A stretch of DNA of 64,000 nt, from the NCBI GenBank assembly GCA_963719515.1, contig CAVRCJ010000015.1:32001-96000 (forward strand), read 5' to 3'. Below are positions 9,305 through 19,900 of this stretch, piece by piece; the first letter of the stretch is position 1, and each line of letters starts with the position of its first letter. This DNA comes from an uncultured cyanobacterium (lineage in GTDB: Bacteria > Cyanobacteriota > Cyanobacteriia > CAKZMO01). The notes under the pieces are model-generated. The model made no database searches and was not told where the DNA came from. It saw only the letters and a list, made by a program, of their open reading frames with translations. The translations under genes and the position numbers were made by a program.

Positions 9305-10864
9305 ATGCCAAACGGATTTGCGAGCAACTGGGCCTACCTGAAGACCGAACTCAATTGGCTAGAACGCGTGTTGATGGTGGCAGTCTCTCGCCACCGCCAG
9401 GAGCAAAAGGGAATTAATCGCGTCGCTCAATCCCAAGCAGATCGGGTAACCGCCCACTGGTGGAAAGGACTCATCTCGCTGGAGGGCAAAGCCGGCTACG
9501 ACGAGCATCGTCCTCAATCTTCCCCCCCGTCTTCGCCTCAACCGGGGGGGTATCAGCAGCGACTCCAGGCGCGGATTCAGGCCAGCTTTCAAGACGGAGT
9601 CGTGCTGCTGCTGCCGCTGCTGCGCGATCGCCTGCAGCTGACGCTCTTCGAGAAGAACCTTGTCTTAATGGCCCTCGCTCCGGAGGTCAACCGGCGCTAT
9701 GGTCGGCTCTATCAATATTTGCAGGGCACTACAGATTCTGAGCTACCTACCCTAGAGCTGACCCTGCGGCTGCTGTGCCGCAGCGACACCGACTGGCAAA
9801 CGGCGCGATCGCGGCTTGGCGAGGGCTGGGCCAGCCCCGTCGGCGAGGGGCCATCGCCCCTTCTCAAGCATCATCTTATTCAGCTCGTTCGGCCACCGGG
9901 GGGGACGTTTCTCAGCGCCTCAGTACGGGCGCTGCCCCGGCTAACCGATTTGCTGCTCTCCGAGGCGTCGACCCAAGAGCTAGACAGCCTGCTTCGAGAT
10001 ACCGGTATAGCCGCAATGTCGCCTCCCCCGGCGCTGTCAGTGCAGTTTTCTGGGCAGCCCGGTGCGGCCCCGGCTGATGTCAGGCTTGTTCCACCTCACC
10101 CTAACGCTGACGTCACTCCCGAACAGAATGCTGCACTACCCGCCGCTCAGCCCGCCGCCGCTTGGGACGATCTGATTTTACCAGGTGAGCTTATGAGGGA
10201 GCTGCAGCACCTGAGCCATAGCCTAACGGTACAAAAAACGGTCGATAGGGATTGGGGGTTTGAGCGCCAAAACTTTGGGGCCGTCCAGCCTGGCCTGTGG
10301 GCTACGCTGATAGGCGATGCAGGCACCGGGAAGACCTTAGCCGCACGGGCGATCGCGGCAGCGGTTGGCAGCGCGCTGACCATCTACGACCTAGAGACTA
10401 TCGGCCCAGCTCGGTGGAGCGCTATTCAAGAGACCATCATCGCCAGCCCCACCGTGGTGCTCATTAAGTCCGCGCAGCGCTGGTTTGCTCCTCGGTCGCC
10501 GTTTGATGCGGGCGAGCTGATGGCCCGCCGCCAGCAGAGCCCTACCTTGACCCTCCTCAGCATCCGGAGGTCAGAGTCGCTTGGCCCTCGGTGGCGGCGC
10601 GGCACGACGACGCTAATGTTTCCTAGGCCCAGCGAGGGCGATCGCCTGCTGCTGTGGAAGCGGGCCTTTCCCGAGGGAGTTGGGCTAGGCCGCCTGCGTT
10701 GGTCTTGCCTTGCTAAGCTGCCTCTCACGGGAGGTGAGATCTCGGTTCTAGCGCGAGAGGCGGCTATCCTGGCGGTGGCGGAATCGTCCGAGCGGGTAAT
10801 GCAGCGGCATGTCTCAGAAGCGCTCTATAGGCAGGGGCACCGGCTGCCTAAGGAAGGGCGCTGA
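9305..10864 (+). CDS. AAA+ family ATPase-like protein
   Basis: WDDLILP, Walker A GDAGTGKT and C-terminal lid FPRP...R..LW...LTGGEI. The Walker B looks degenerate. Confidence 0.8.
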   Translation: MPNGFASNWAYLKTELNWLERVLMVAVSRHRQEQKGINRVAQSQADRVTAHWWKGLISLEGKAGYDEHRPQSSPPSSPQPGGYQQRLQARIQASFQDGVVLLLPLLRDRLQLTLFEKNLVLMALAPEVNRRYGRLYQYLQGTTDSELPTLELTLRLLCRSDTDWQTARSRLGEGWASPVGEGPSPLLKHHLIQLVRPPGGTFLSASVRALPRLTDLLLSEASTQELDSLLRDTGIAAMSPPPALSVQFSGQPGAAPADVRLVPPHPNADVTPEQNAALPAAQPAAAWDDLILPGELMRELQHLSHSLTVQKTVDRDWGFERQNFGAVQPGLWATLIGDAGTGKTLAARAIAAAVGSALTIYDLETIGPARWSAIQETIIASPTVVLIKSAQRWFAPRSPFDAGELMARRQQSPTLTLLSIRRSESLGPRWRRGTTTLMFPRPSEGDRLLLWKRAFPEGVGLGRLRWSCLAKLPLTGGEISVLAREAAILAVAESSERVMQRHVSEALYRQGHRLPKEGR

Positions 10865-10879
10865 TGACGTGAGCGGAAT

Positions 10880-12170
10880 TTGACATCCTCCCCGCCCTGA
10901 AGAGCGGGGATTCCCGGTCTGCCCACTAGGTGGACTCCCGACGGGTGGACGCCTCAGCGCGAATTGCCCCTGACGAGGTCTTATGCCCGCTCCGCGTCCG
11001 TTTAGAGTCTCGGGCTAGCTCCAGCCCAGACGTTTCAATATTGCGGCTAGCATTGCCGTCCCGGTCTTGGGTTTTGCCGCAACCAAGGCAGACCAGCTCG
11101 CGCACCGACAGGTCCAGCTTGCCCCAGCGGTAGCCGCAGTCGGCACACTTCTGGCTAGTCGGCTCCCACCGGCTGATGACCGATACCTCGCGTTCCAGTA
11201 TCATCGCGGCCTTGGCCTCGCACATGGTTCGCAGATCACGCCAGCCCTGCTGCGCAATAGCGCGGGCCAACTTGCGGTTGCGGACCATGCCGGACACGTT
11301 TAGGTCTTCAATAGCCACAACGCTATGGTTGCGAATCAGCCAGGTCGAGAGCTTATGCAGAAAATCCTTGCGGATGTCCCGCTGCTTGGCCTTCAGCTTA
11401 GCAATGCGCAGCCGAGTACGCTCACGGCGCTTCGACCCCTTGAAGCGCCTATTCAGCTTGCGCTGCTCACGGCGTATCTTGCGGCCAATGCGGTCGTAAC
11501 CAGGAGACTCAACGCGCTGGCCGCTGCTGAGCACCGCGAACGTCTTGATACCCAAGTCCACACCCACGCTTTGGTTCTTGGCGGGGATGTGGACCGGCTG
11601 CACTTCGACAACGAAGCTCAGAAGATAGCGGCCTGCTCTGTCCTTGATGACGGTGACGGATGACGGCTCAGACGGCAGCGGCCTCGACCAGCGCACCTTG
11701 AGGTTGCCAATTTTGGCTAGATACACCTTGTCGCCCTTGAGCGAGAAGCCGCCCTTGCGGAATCGCGCCGACTGGCGGTTGTCTTTGCGCTTGAACCGGG
11801 GCGGCTTCACCTTTGGTCCTTTGCGCTTGCCTTTGAGCGAGTCAAAGAAGTTTTTGAACGCTACGCCCAAATCGGCGATGGACTGCTGCAGCGGGATATT
11901 TGATACCTCGCTCAGCCACTGGCGCTCAACCGTTTTCTTGGCCTGCGTGATGCAAGCCTTCTGAAGGTCGCCATTCTTAGGCAGCGAATCCGACTCCTTG
12001 CACAGTGCTAAGGCGTCGTTCCACACGACACGGCAGCAGCCAAACAGCTTGGCTAAGCTGATCTGCTGTCCGGACGTGGGATAGACGCGGTACTGGTAGC
12101 GGCACTTCATAAATACAATTGTCCTACAAAAGCCGCCCTAAAGGGCGGGGCTTGAGACCCAGTTTTTTTG
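10880..12170 (-). mobile_element. IS200/IS605-family (IS1341-like, tnpB-only) insertion sequence
   Basis: On the minus strand the left end reads TGAC|CAAAAAAACTGGGTCTCAAGCCCCGCCCTTTAGGGCGG and the right end GAATCCCCGCTCTTCAGGGCGGGGAGGATGTCAA|. Both have subterminal hairpins. No tnpA. Confidence 0.88.
10926..12110 (-). CDS. tnpB: RNA-guided endonuclease TnpB
   Basis: N-terminal YRVYPT..Q...L...FGCCRVVWN; RuvC residues in GVDLG, AIEDL and DRDGNA; zinc finger CADC...CLGC. Confidence 0.95.
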   Translation of the reverse strand: MKCRYQYRVYPTSGQQISLAKLFGCCRVVWNDALALCKESDSLPKNGDLQKACITQAKKTVERQWLSEVSNIPLQQSIADLGVAFKNFFDSLKGKRKGPKVKPPRFKRKDNRQSARFRKGGFSLKGDKVYLAKIGNLKVRWSRPLPSEPSSVTVIKDRAGRYLLSFVVEVQPVHIPAKNQSVGVDLGIKTFAVLSSGQRVESPGYDRIGRKIRREQRKLNRRFKGSKRRERTRLRIAKLKAKQRDIRKDFLHKLSTWLIRNHSVVAIEDLNVSGMVRNRKLARAIAQQGWRDLRTMCEAKAAMILEREVSVISRWEPTSQKCADCGYRWGKLDLSVRELVCLGCGKTQDRDGNASRNIETSGLELARDSKRTRSGHKTSSGAIRAEASTRREST

Positions 12171-12196
12171 GTCAGGGCCTAGCACGGCCCTCTCGA

Positions 12197-13408
12197 CTAG
12201 CGCACCGACGCCACCTGCGCTGCCGGCGCGTAGCGAATTCCCGCCGCTGCCAGCCGTTTCATGGCCTCCCGCAGGCGATCGCAGGAGGCAATTAGGCTGA
12301 CCCGCACGTAGCCTTCCCCGCCAGAGCCGAAAGCACTTCCCGGCGTGAAAACGACCCCCGTCTTTTGCAGCACCGACAGGGCAAACTCGCTGGAGGAAAT
12401 TCCTGGAGGACAGGGCACCCAAAGGTACATAGTGGCCTCCGTTTTGGGCACGGTCCAGCCCAGATGAGCGAACTCTTCAATCAGGCAGTCTCGCCGCTGG
12501 ATATAGCGGCCCTGCACCTCTTTGAGGTAGGTGTCGGGGAGCTGCAGGGCGGTTTCCGCCGCCCGCTGTAGGGCCGAGAAAATGCCGTAGTCAAGGTTGG
12601 TTTTTAGGGTGCGCAGTCCTTGAATGACGTGACGATTGCCTACTACAAATCCGATGCGCCAGCCCGCCATGTTGTAGGTTTTGGACAGAGTGTGAAACTC
12701 AACGCCGATGTCCTTTGCCCCCGGAATTTCCAGCAGGCTGGTGGGCTGGTAACCATCGAAGGCCAGCTCCGCGTAGCACAGGTCGTGGACCAGCAGGATT
12801 TCGTGCTTGCGGGCAAAGGCGACAACGTCCTCGAAGAATTTGCGGGGAGCGGTGGCGGCGGTAGGGTTGTTGGGGTAGTTGAAGTAGAGCACCTTGGCCC
12901 GCTGTGCCACTGCATCGGGGATGGCCCCCAGATCAATTAGCCAGTCTTGCTCTTCTTTTAGGACCAGGGGATAGACCTCCGCCCCCGCGATTAGCGGACC
13001 GCGAAAGTGAGCCGGGTAAGCAGGTGTGGGAACCAGCACTAGGTCGCCCGGATTAATGTAGGCGATCGCCAGGTGGGTGAGCCCTTCCTTTGAGCCCAGC
13101 AGCGGCAGCGCCTCCCCGTCGGGATCGAGGCTGACGCCGTAGCGGCGGTGATACCAGCTGGTGATGGTCTGGCGAAAGCTAGCGGTGCCCTCGAAGGGCG
13201 GGTAGCCGTGGGTGGCGTCGTCCTGGATGGCGGCGACCGCGGCCTCGACGACGGGCTGCGGCGTGGGGCCGTCGGGATTGCCCATCCCCAAGTCAATCAG
13301 CTCTAGCCCTTCGGCTCTGGCATGGGCCTTGAGTTCATCCAGCCGGGCAAACACATAGGGGGGGAGCGCGTTTAGGCGATCGGCTGGACGAATCCAATCT
13401 AGGCTCAT
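12197..13408 (-). CDS. PLP-dependent class I/II aminotransferase (aspartate/LL-diaminopimelate aminotransferase-like)
   Basis: IDLGMGNPD, LLGSKEG, NYPNNPT, HDLCY and TLSKTYNMAGWRIGF motifs. Confidence 0.92.
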   Translation of the reverse strand: MSLDWIRPADRLNALPPYVFARLDELKAHARAEGLELIDLGMGNPDGPTPQPVVEAAVAAIQDDATHGYPPFEGTASFRQTITSWYHRRYGVSLDPDGEALPLLGSKEGLTHLAIAYINPGDLVLVPTPAYPAHFRGPLIAGAEVYPLVLKEEQDWLIDLGAIPDAVAQRAKVLYFNYPNNPTAATAPRKFFEDVVAFARKHEILLVHDLCYAELAFDGYQPTSLLEIPGAKDIGVEFHTLSKTYNMAGWRIGFVVGNRHVIQGLRTLKTNLDYGIFSALQRAAETALQLPDTYLKEVQGRYIQRRDCLIEEFAHLGWTVPKTEATMYLWVPCPPGISSSEFALSVLQKTGVVFTPGSAFGSGGEGYVRVSLIASCDRLREAMKRLAAAGIRYAPAAQVASVR

Positions 13409-14568
13409 GCTAAGACCTCGGTAATAGGGGTATCTAACGTTGAAACAGATTTGGGAGCGCCCAAGGTGGCAGAAGACACCATGGCGGCCATCAGCTCTGT
13501 GGGAACTACGGTGAAGGGAAGCCGGTGAATATCGGACCCCTGGGCGCAGGCTAGCTCAGCGCTGTGCTGCAGACGGGACAGCGCGATATCTCCTAAGCCC
13601 AACTCCGCTAGGGTACGGGGCAGTCCAATCTCCCCATAGAACTGCAAAAGCTGCTGCCGTGCAGACGCGGCAAGCTGGTTGCCCTGCACCATTTCCTCTA
13701 AGCGCAGCTGCACCAAAATGCCGTAGGCGACCTTCTCCCCATGGAGGGTATCGTGGCTTTCCGTGAGGTGGGTCAATCCGTTGTGTACCGCATGGGCGGC
13801 CACAGTGCGGCACTGCGCTCCCCCCAGGCCGCCGATCACCCCCGCCATCAGCACGGCGGCATCCACGACGTCGCGCCACACTTCGCTGCCCGGCGCGTCT
13901 AGAGCCTGACGCGATTTTTGAAACAGGATATCCCGCAGTATCCGCGCCTGCTGCACCGCCCCAATAATCAAGGTGCGCTCAGAGTGACCGCTGCTGACGG
14001 AGGCCTCGTACCACTTGGCTAGGGCATCCCCAATACCGGCCACCAGCATGCGGCGCGGCGCTGTTTCTAAAAGGCTATAGTCTAGCACCAGTAAGTCGGG
14101 GCAGCGCAGCAGCGTCACATCGTAGAGAAACGCCCCCTCGTCGGTGTAGACGTTAGAGAGCGCGGTCCAGGCGGCGCAGGTGGCGGCGGATGTGGGCATC
14201 GTCACGACGGGTAGCCGCGTTTGATGGGCCAGCAGCTTTGCCGCATCCAGCGCCTTACCGCCGCCGACCCCAATCACCATATCCGCCTGATGCGCTTCTG
14301 CCGCTTGTTGCAAAGCTTGCTGAGCGGCCTCGCTGCAGTCCTCTCCGTAAGACACTGTAGCCCTCTCTAACCCCGCCAGCGCCGGTCCTAGGTGAGGGGC
14401 TACGACCTCAAAGGTGCGATCGCCCCCTACTACTAGAGGACGCTGACCCAAAGCCGCGATCGCCGCAACGCTGTGGCGAAGCGCATCGGCTCCCCGCAAA
14501 ACGCGAGCGGGAGCCATGGCGGTAACCAGGATATCCGGTGAGGATGACGTGGGGTTAGAGTAGCTCAT
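13405..14568 (-). CDS. Iron-containing alcohol dehydrogenase family protein (glycerol dehydrogenase-like)
   Basis: GVGGGKALDAAK, PTSAATCAA, AGIGDALAKWYE, AHAVHNGLT and LHGEKVAYG. Overlaps the aminotransferase start by 4 bp. Confidence 0.9.
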   Translation of the reverse strand: MSYSNPTSSSPDILVTAMAPARVLRGADALRHSVAAIAALGQRPLVVGGDRTFEVVAPHLGPALAGLERATVSYGEDCSEAAQQALQQAAEAHQADMVIGVGGGKALDAAKLLAHQTRLPVVTMPTSAATCAAWTALSNVYTDEGAFLYDVTLLRCPDLLVLDYSLLETAPRRMLVAGIGDALAKWYEASVSSGHSERTLIIGAVQQARILRDILFQKSRQALDAPGSEVWRDVVDAAVLMAGVIGGLGGAQCRTVAAHAVHNGLTHLTESHDTLHGEKVAYGILVQLRLEEMVQGNQLAASARQQLLQFYGEIGLPRTLAELGLGDIALSRLQHSAELACAQGSDIHRLPFTVVPTELMAAMVSSATLGAPKSVSTLDTPITEVLA

Positions 14569-14620
14569 GGGCGGAATTATAAACGATATCGAAGCGTGAA
14601 TTCCAGTGGAGGGCAGCGCT

Positions 14621-15151
14621 TCAACTGCCAGAAGCCTCTTCGAGAGTAGGGAGCTGAGCGAGGCGATCGCGGTACAGCGTAACCGTCATCTCGGCGTCCT
14701 CGCGTTTGGAGAGCGATCGCTCGATTTGACCTAGCACCAGCGGTTGGGTAAGGCCGGGCTCAGGGTGAAGCACGGTGCGGGCCTGAATCGTCAGATCGCT
14801 CTGGCCCGACCCCAGCCGTCCGGGGGAGAACAGGTTGCTAGCAGCCTGCTTAAGGGTAGCCTCTAGCTCTGTCTCGGTGATGGTGGGCGATACCGCAATT
14901 ACCGCCCGCGTTGCGCCGTTGTCGAACACTCTGGAAAATTTGACGGCTCCCGGCACTACTGTGCGGGTAAAGGGCACTAGACCTAGGGCGAAAATGCCGA
15001 CGGTGAGTACGCCCATGAAGCCGGTTGCACCCACTAAGCGGAAGCGGATGCCCCACCCCAGCAGAAACCCGAGGGCGGTGATAGCTCCAAACACTAAGGT
15101 TAGGATGCCGGACCATTTGGCGAGGGTTAGGAAAAGGGATGGGTTTAGCAT
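14621..15151 (-). CDS. ycf51: Ycf51 family protein (DUF2518)
   Basis: WGIRFRLVGATGF, FDNG and LEATLKQAASNLFSPGR motifs. Confidence 0.85.
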   Translation of the reverse strand: MLNPSLFLTLAKWSGILTLVFGAITALGFLLGWGIRFRLVGATGFMGVLTVGIFALGLVPFTRTVVPGAVKFSRVFDNGATRAVIAVSPTITETELEATLKQAASNLFSPGRLGSGQSDLTIQARTVLHPEPGLTQPLVLGQIERSLSKREDAEMTVTLYRDRLAQLPTLEEASGS

Positions 15152-15362
15152 GGGGGCCTAGGGCTTTTGGGAAAGGGGTTTTGGCTTGATGTGCCGATCT
15201 TTAATAATGTGCCGGTCTTATAGATTAGGTTAGAGCGTTAGCGTAACCCAACGGAAGCAAATGTTTGGTTGGACTAAGAGATGCATCCTTGTTGTGTGAA
15301 AGGGATGCGGTAATTTGTGCTACTGAGCTTGTATGCGCTGAGTTTGGGGGTGAGCCGGCTGC

Positions 15363-15420
15363 TTGGGGGCGGCCCCCCAAACCCCCTGCTGGGGGAGACA
15401 ACTGTCCCCCAGGCCCCCTG
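15363..15420. repeat. REP-like double-hairpin small dispersed repeat
   Basis: TTGGGGG-CGGC-CCCCCAA followed by CTGGGGGA...TCCCCCAG, in intergenic DNA. Confidence 0.55.
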
Positions 15421-15521
15421 CCAAGGGTGGTGTCTGTGGGAGACTGGAATTATGGTGCGGCGACTTTAGGGTCTTGCCTCACGTCAGTTTTGCCGCATCA
15501 TCTAAGTGGCCGTATCGCATC

Positions 15522-15992
15522 TTACTCGTTGCTGACAAACTTGTCGGCGTCTGAGGGAGTGGGCTGCTCGATGGCGGCTTTGAGGGTGTGCCAGCCTAAG
15601 TTGGCGCATTTGATGCGCACCGGAAACTGGGCTACTCCCTGCATAACGTTGAGCTTGCGCATTTCTTTGGGGAATTCGGCGTCGCCGCGCATCATGGCCT
15701 GAAACTGCTGCACCATCGATAGCGCCTCCTCAGGGGATTTTCCCCGCAGGGCCTCGGCCATCAGGTCCACAGAGGCCATAGAAATGGCGCAGCCTTCCCC
15801 CTCAAACTTGACGTCCTCGATGCGATCGCTGGCTTCGTTTAGCTGTAGCGTCACTTCAATGGTGTCTCCGCAAGACGGGTTGTGGCCCTTTTGATAGCGG
15901 TGGACGGGGTCGGCTGTACCCCGGTGACGGGGCTTTTTGTAGCGATCGAGAATGACCTGCTGGTAGAGGTCGCGGAGGTTTTCCAGGGCCAT
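15522..15992 (-). CDS. sufU: SUF-system NifU/SufU Fe-S assembly scaffold
   Basis: LYQQVILD, NPSCGD, GEGCAISMAS and FPVRIKCA.L.W motifs. Confidence 0.92.
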   Translation of the reverse strand: MALENLRDLYQQVILDRYKKPRHRGTADPVHRYQKGHNPSCGDTIEVTLQLNEASDRIEDVKFEGEGCAISMASVDLMAEALRGKSPEEALSMVQQFQAMMRGDAEFPKEMRKLNVMQGVAQFPVRIKCANLGWHTLKAAIEQPTPSDADKFVSNE

Positions 15993-16265
15993 GGTAATGG
16001 TGGGCGGTGAATGGGGTGGCGTCGGGACGGAGCACTGCCATAGTTAGGCGTAGTGCATCTCATTTGATCCTACCAAGCCTGCCTCAAAAGCGCGGAGATC
16101 TTCAGCGCAGCTGTTCAGGGCGGTAATATCTCATAATGATTACTGATAGTAATCGCGACTCGCAAGATCTTGGTTCATGGCCTGAGCAGACTCTGCTACG
16201 CTTCTCGGCGTACGATCTTAAAAGCGCGATTGCGTTATCGCTATAGTTGGCACCCAAGTAATATC

Positions 16266-16733
16266 ATGAACAACTGCATCCTCATGGCCGAGGTCGTCCA
16301 GGCTCCCCAGCTGCGCTATACCTCTGACAATCAGACCCCCATCGCCGAGATGTCGGTGCAGTTTGAAGCGCTGCGGGACGGCGATCCGCCGGAGACCCTC
16401 AAGGTCGTGGGTTGGGGAAACCTCGCCCAGGAAATTCAAGAGCGCTATCACGTGGGCGATCGCCTAATTGTGGAGGGCCGATTGGGCATGGTTTCCTTCG
16501 ATCGCCCCGAGGGGTTTAAGGAAAAGCGGGCCGAGCTGACGGCCCAGCGCATTCATCAGCTTGGCGGGGGTGAGAGCATTGTCTCATCAGCAGAAAGTCA
16601 GCCCACTGAAAAGCCCAGCCGCCCCCCGGCTGCCGTCCCCAGCGCCGCACCCGGCATGCCCCCAGCCCAGACCTCTCGGCCAGCAGAGCCGCCCATGCCC
16701 ACCGAAGCCGATCTGGACGATATCCCGTTTTAG
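16266..16733 (+). CDS. ssb: Single-stranded DNA-binding protein (cyanobacterial SSB-like)
   Basis: MNNCILMAEVVQAPQLRYT...WGNLA...VEGRL OB fold, and an acidic DDIPF tail. Start set at ATG 16266. Confidence 0.88.
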   Translation: MNNCILMAEVVQAPQLRYTSDNQTPIAEMSVQFEALRDGDPPETLKVVGWGNLAQEIQERYHVGDRLIVEGRLGMVSFDRPEGFKEKRAELTAQRIHQLGGGESIVSSAESQPTEKPSRPPAAVPSAAPGMPPAQTSRPAEPPMPTEADLDDIPF

Positions 16734-16868
16734 CGCTCTGGCTCACGCTTTTGGGGCGGATAGCAGTTTACACTCTACAAAGCAGCATGAATGGCGGCGT
16801 TGGGGTAAGGGTTGCGTCAGGCTAGGCGAGCAAGATAGGTTGACTATCCTGCCGCCTAAATTAAAATC

Positions 16869-16882
16869 AGTATAGTTGTACT
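16869..16882. promoter_or_regulatory. Putative cyanobacterial LexA box upstream of smc
   Basis: AGTATAGTTGTACT is one mismatch from RGTACNNNDGTWCB. It lies about 105 bp before the smc start. Confidence 0.45.
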
Positions 16883-16987
16883 GCGTAATTGAACTGCGCT
16901 GCGCGTTGGGCCTGCGCTCAGGTTCAGTCCAGATTCAGTCCACCGCCAATTTTCAGTACCCTTTAGCGCCAGCGAGCCTGCCAGCGA

Positions 16988-19900
16988 GTGTATATTAAGC
17001 GCGTTGAACTGTCCCATTTCAAATCATTCGGTGGCACGACGCAGATTCCGCTGCGCGATGGGTTTACCGTGATTTCTGGGCCCAACGGTTCTGGAAAGTC
17101 CAATATTTTGGATGCGCTGCTGTTTGCGCTGGGGCTATCGACTTCCAAGGGCATGCGGGCTGAAAAGCTGCCGGACTTGGTTAACCAAAGCCACAGCAGC
17201 CGCAGCCGCACCATGGAGGCCAGCGTCTCCGTCACCCTCGACCTAGGGGAAATGGACGAGCTAGACGCCGAACTAGAGATCGCTGATCATCCCGCAAACG
17301 GCGACAGCTCGACTGAGCCATATCCGGCGGCTCAGCCTACGGACGGCCTTCTTGCCGATAGCGCTATGGGGACGGCGTCTAATAGGTCTGATGATAATCG
17401 CGCTGATCACGGCGGCACTGATCACGGCGGCACTGATCACGGTGGCGCTAATGGTAGCGGTACCGCGATTGCCCCCAGCCGGGAGTGGACCGTCACCCGA
17501 AAGCTCAGGGTCACTGCCCAGGGCACCTACACCTCTACCTACTTCATCAATGGAGAGTCCTGCACTCTCAGCCAGCTCCATGAGCAAATGCAGCAGCTGA
17601 GGGTTTACCCGGAAGGCTACAACGTCGTGCTCCAGGGGGACGTCACCAGCATCATCTCCATGAACCCCAGGGAGCGCCGGGAGATTATTGATGAGCTGGC
17701 TGGGGTGGCGGCCTTCGACCGCAAAATTGGGCAGGCCAAAGAAAAGCTGGACGCCGTTCACGAGCGAGAAGAGCGCTTTCGCATCGTCGAGAAAGAGCTG
17801 ACCGCCCAGCGCGATCGCCTCGCCAAAGACCGCATCAAAGCCGAGAAGTATCAGCAGCTCCGCCAGGAGCTGCAAACCCGCAGCCGCTGGGAAGCCGTGC
17901 TGGTGTGGCGCGATCAGCAGCGGCGCATTGCCCAATGCGAAAAGGCGATCGCCACCGCTGAGAAAAAAATTCAGGACTTGAGAGAGCAGCAGCGGACGCT
18001 CAGAGATGACATTCAAACGAAAACCTTGGCGCTAGAGCAGCTCAGCGCCAAGGTAAAAGCCCTGGGGGAAGAAGAGCAGCTGGCCCTGCAGTCCAACCTG
18101 GCGACCCAAGAGGCGGAGCGCCGCCAGCTTCAGCGCCAAGAGCAGACTGAACAGCAGGCCGCTCAAGAGGCGGAGCGGCTGATGGAGCAAACCCGGCAGG
18201 AGATGCAGTCGCTGATTGAAACCCAGGCGGCCCTGCAGCAGGAGCAGCAGGACATCGCCCAGGGTCTAGCCGAGCTGGGGTCGCGGCGGGATCAGGCCCA
18301 GCGATCGCTAGAGCAGTATCGGCAGTCGGCCAACGCGGTGGCGGCGGCCTCGGAGTCTTGGGTGCAGCAGCAGACCGAGCTACGCCATCAGGTGGACGGC
18401 CTGCTGGCGACGGTGGACCCCCTGCGCACCGAGCAGGCCAGGCTGCAGGAGCGCATTAGCCAGCTCACCCAAACGATTGAAACCCAAACCACAGAGCTTC
18501 AAAAAGCTGAGCAGGAGCTGGCTCAGGCTCAGGCCCAGCGAGAGACCATCGGCACCCCTGACAGCGCCGTAGAGCGGGTGCAAACCCTGGCCGCTGCCCT
18601 CGCTACCACCCGTCAGGAGCTGCAGCTGCAGCAGGAGACCCAGGCGCGGCTGCTGCGGGAGCAGCGGGACAGCCAGCGCAAGCTAGACAAGCTAGAAGCC
18701 CAGGCCCAGGCGACCCAAGAGTCCCAGGGCACCTACGCCACTCAAATCTTGATCCAGACGGGGCTCCCCGGCGTCTGCGGCCTGGTGGCTCAGCTGGGGC
18801 AGGTGGACCCCCAGTATCAGCTGGCCCTAGAAATTAGCGCCGGAGGACGACTGGGACACCTGGTGGTAGAAGACGACGGCGTAGCCGCGGCGGGCATCCG
18901 CATCCTGAAAGAGCAGCGGGGCGGGCGGGCGACTTTTCTGCCCCTCAACAAAATTCGTGCGCCTCGCCTCACCGCTATTTCTAAGTGGAAGAGCCCCGCT
19001 GGCTTTATTGACTACGCCGTCAATCTGGTCGCCTGCGACGATCGCTACCGGGACATTTTCGGCTATGTGTTCGGCAATACCCTGGTGTTCGAAACCCTCA
19101 GCGACGCCCGCCAGAACATCGGCGAATATCGCATGGTGACCCTAGAAGGAGAGCTGCTAGAAGCCAGCGGCGCAATGACCGGCGGCTCTCTAGGTCGGCG
19201 GCAGGGGGCGCTGCACTTCGGCACGGCGGAGGCGGGGGAGTCGGCGGAGGCCCGGACGCTGCGGCAGCGGCTCTCAGACATCGAGCGGGTTTTAGACCGC
19301 TGCGAGGGGGCGATCGCCCAGCTGACGGTGCAGAGCCAGACCCAGGCCGATGAGCTGACCCAGGCGCGGGAGGCCCAGCGAGAAATCCAGGTGAACGCCA
19401 CTCAAGTAGAGCAGCGGGTCAGCGCCCTGACCCAACAGCAGCAGTCTCAGCGGCAGCAGCTCGCGCAAAACCGCCAAGAGCTGGAGACGGCCCAGGGGCG
19501 GCTGCAAACGGTGCAGGCGCAGCTCCCCGCCCAAGAAACCCAGCTGCAGCAGCTGCGGCAGACCCTCAGCGAGCTAGAGGCCTCCCAAACCCACAGCGAG
19601 TGGCAGCAGGCCCAGCAGCACATTCAGCAGCAGGAAAAAGTACTCAACGAGCGCCGTCTGGCCCTGCGCACCGCCGAAAACCGCGCCCAGGACCTCAACG
19701 CCCAGCAGCAGCGCCTTCAGGAGCGCTCAGAGAACGGCGATCGCCGCCTGCAGGACCACAAGCAGCAGCAGCGACAAGCGCTGTCGCAGCAGGCGCAACT
19801 GCAGCGGCAGCGGGAAGCGCTAGACCGTCAAATTTCCCAGCTGCAAAAGGCGATCGCCCAGCTTGAGAAGACCCTAGCCGCCGAAAAGCAAACCCGCGAT

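Noticed and set aside
15265..15702. 145-aa plus-strand ORF and other antisense shadow ORFs in the track
   Set aside because: They overlap well-supported genes or repeats on other frames or strands, as expected by chance in GC-rich DNA.
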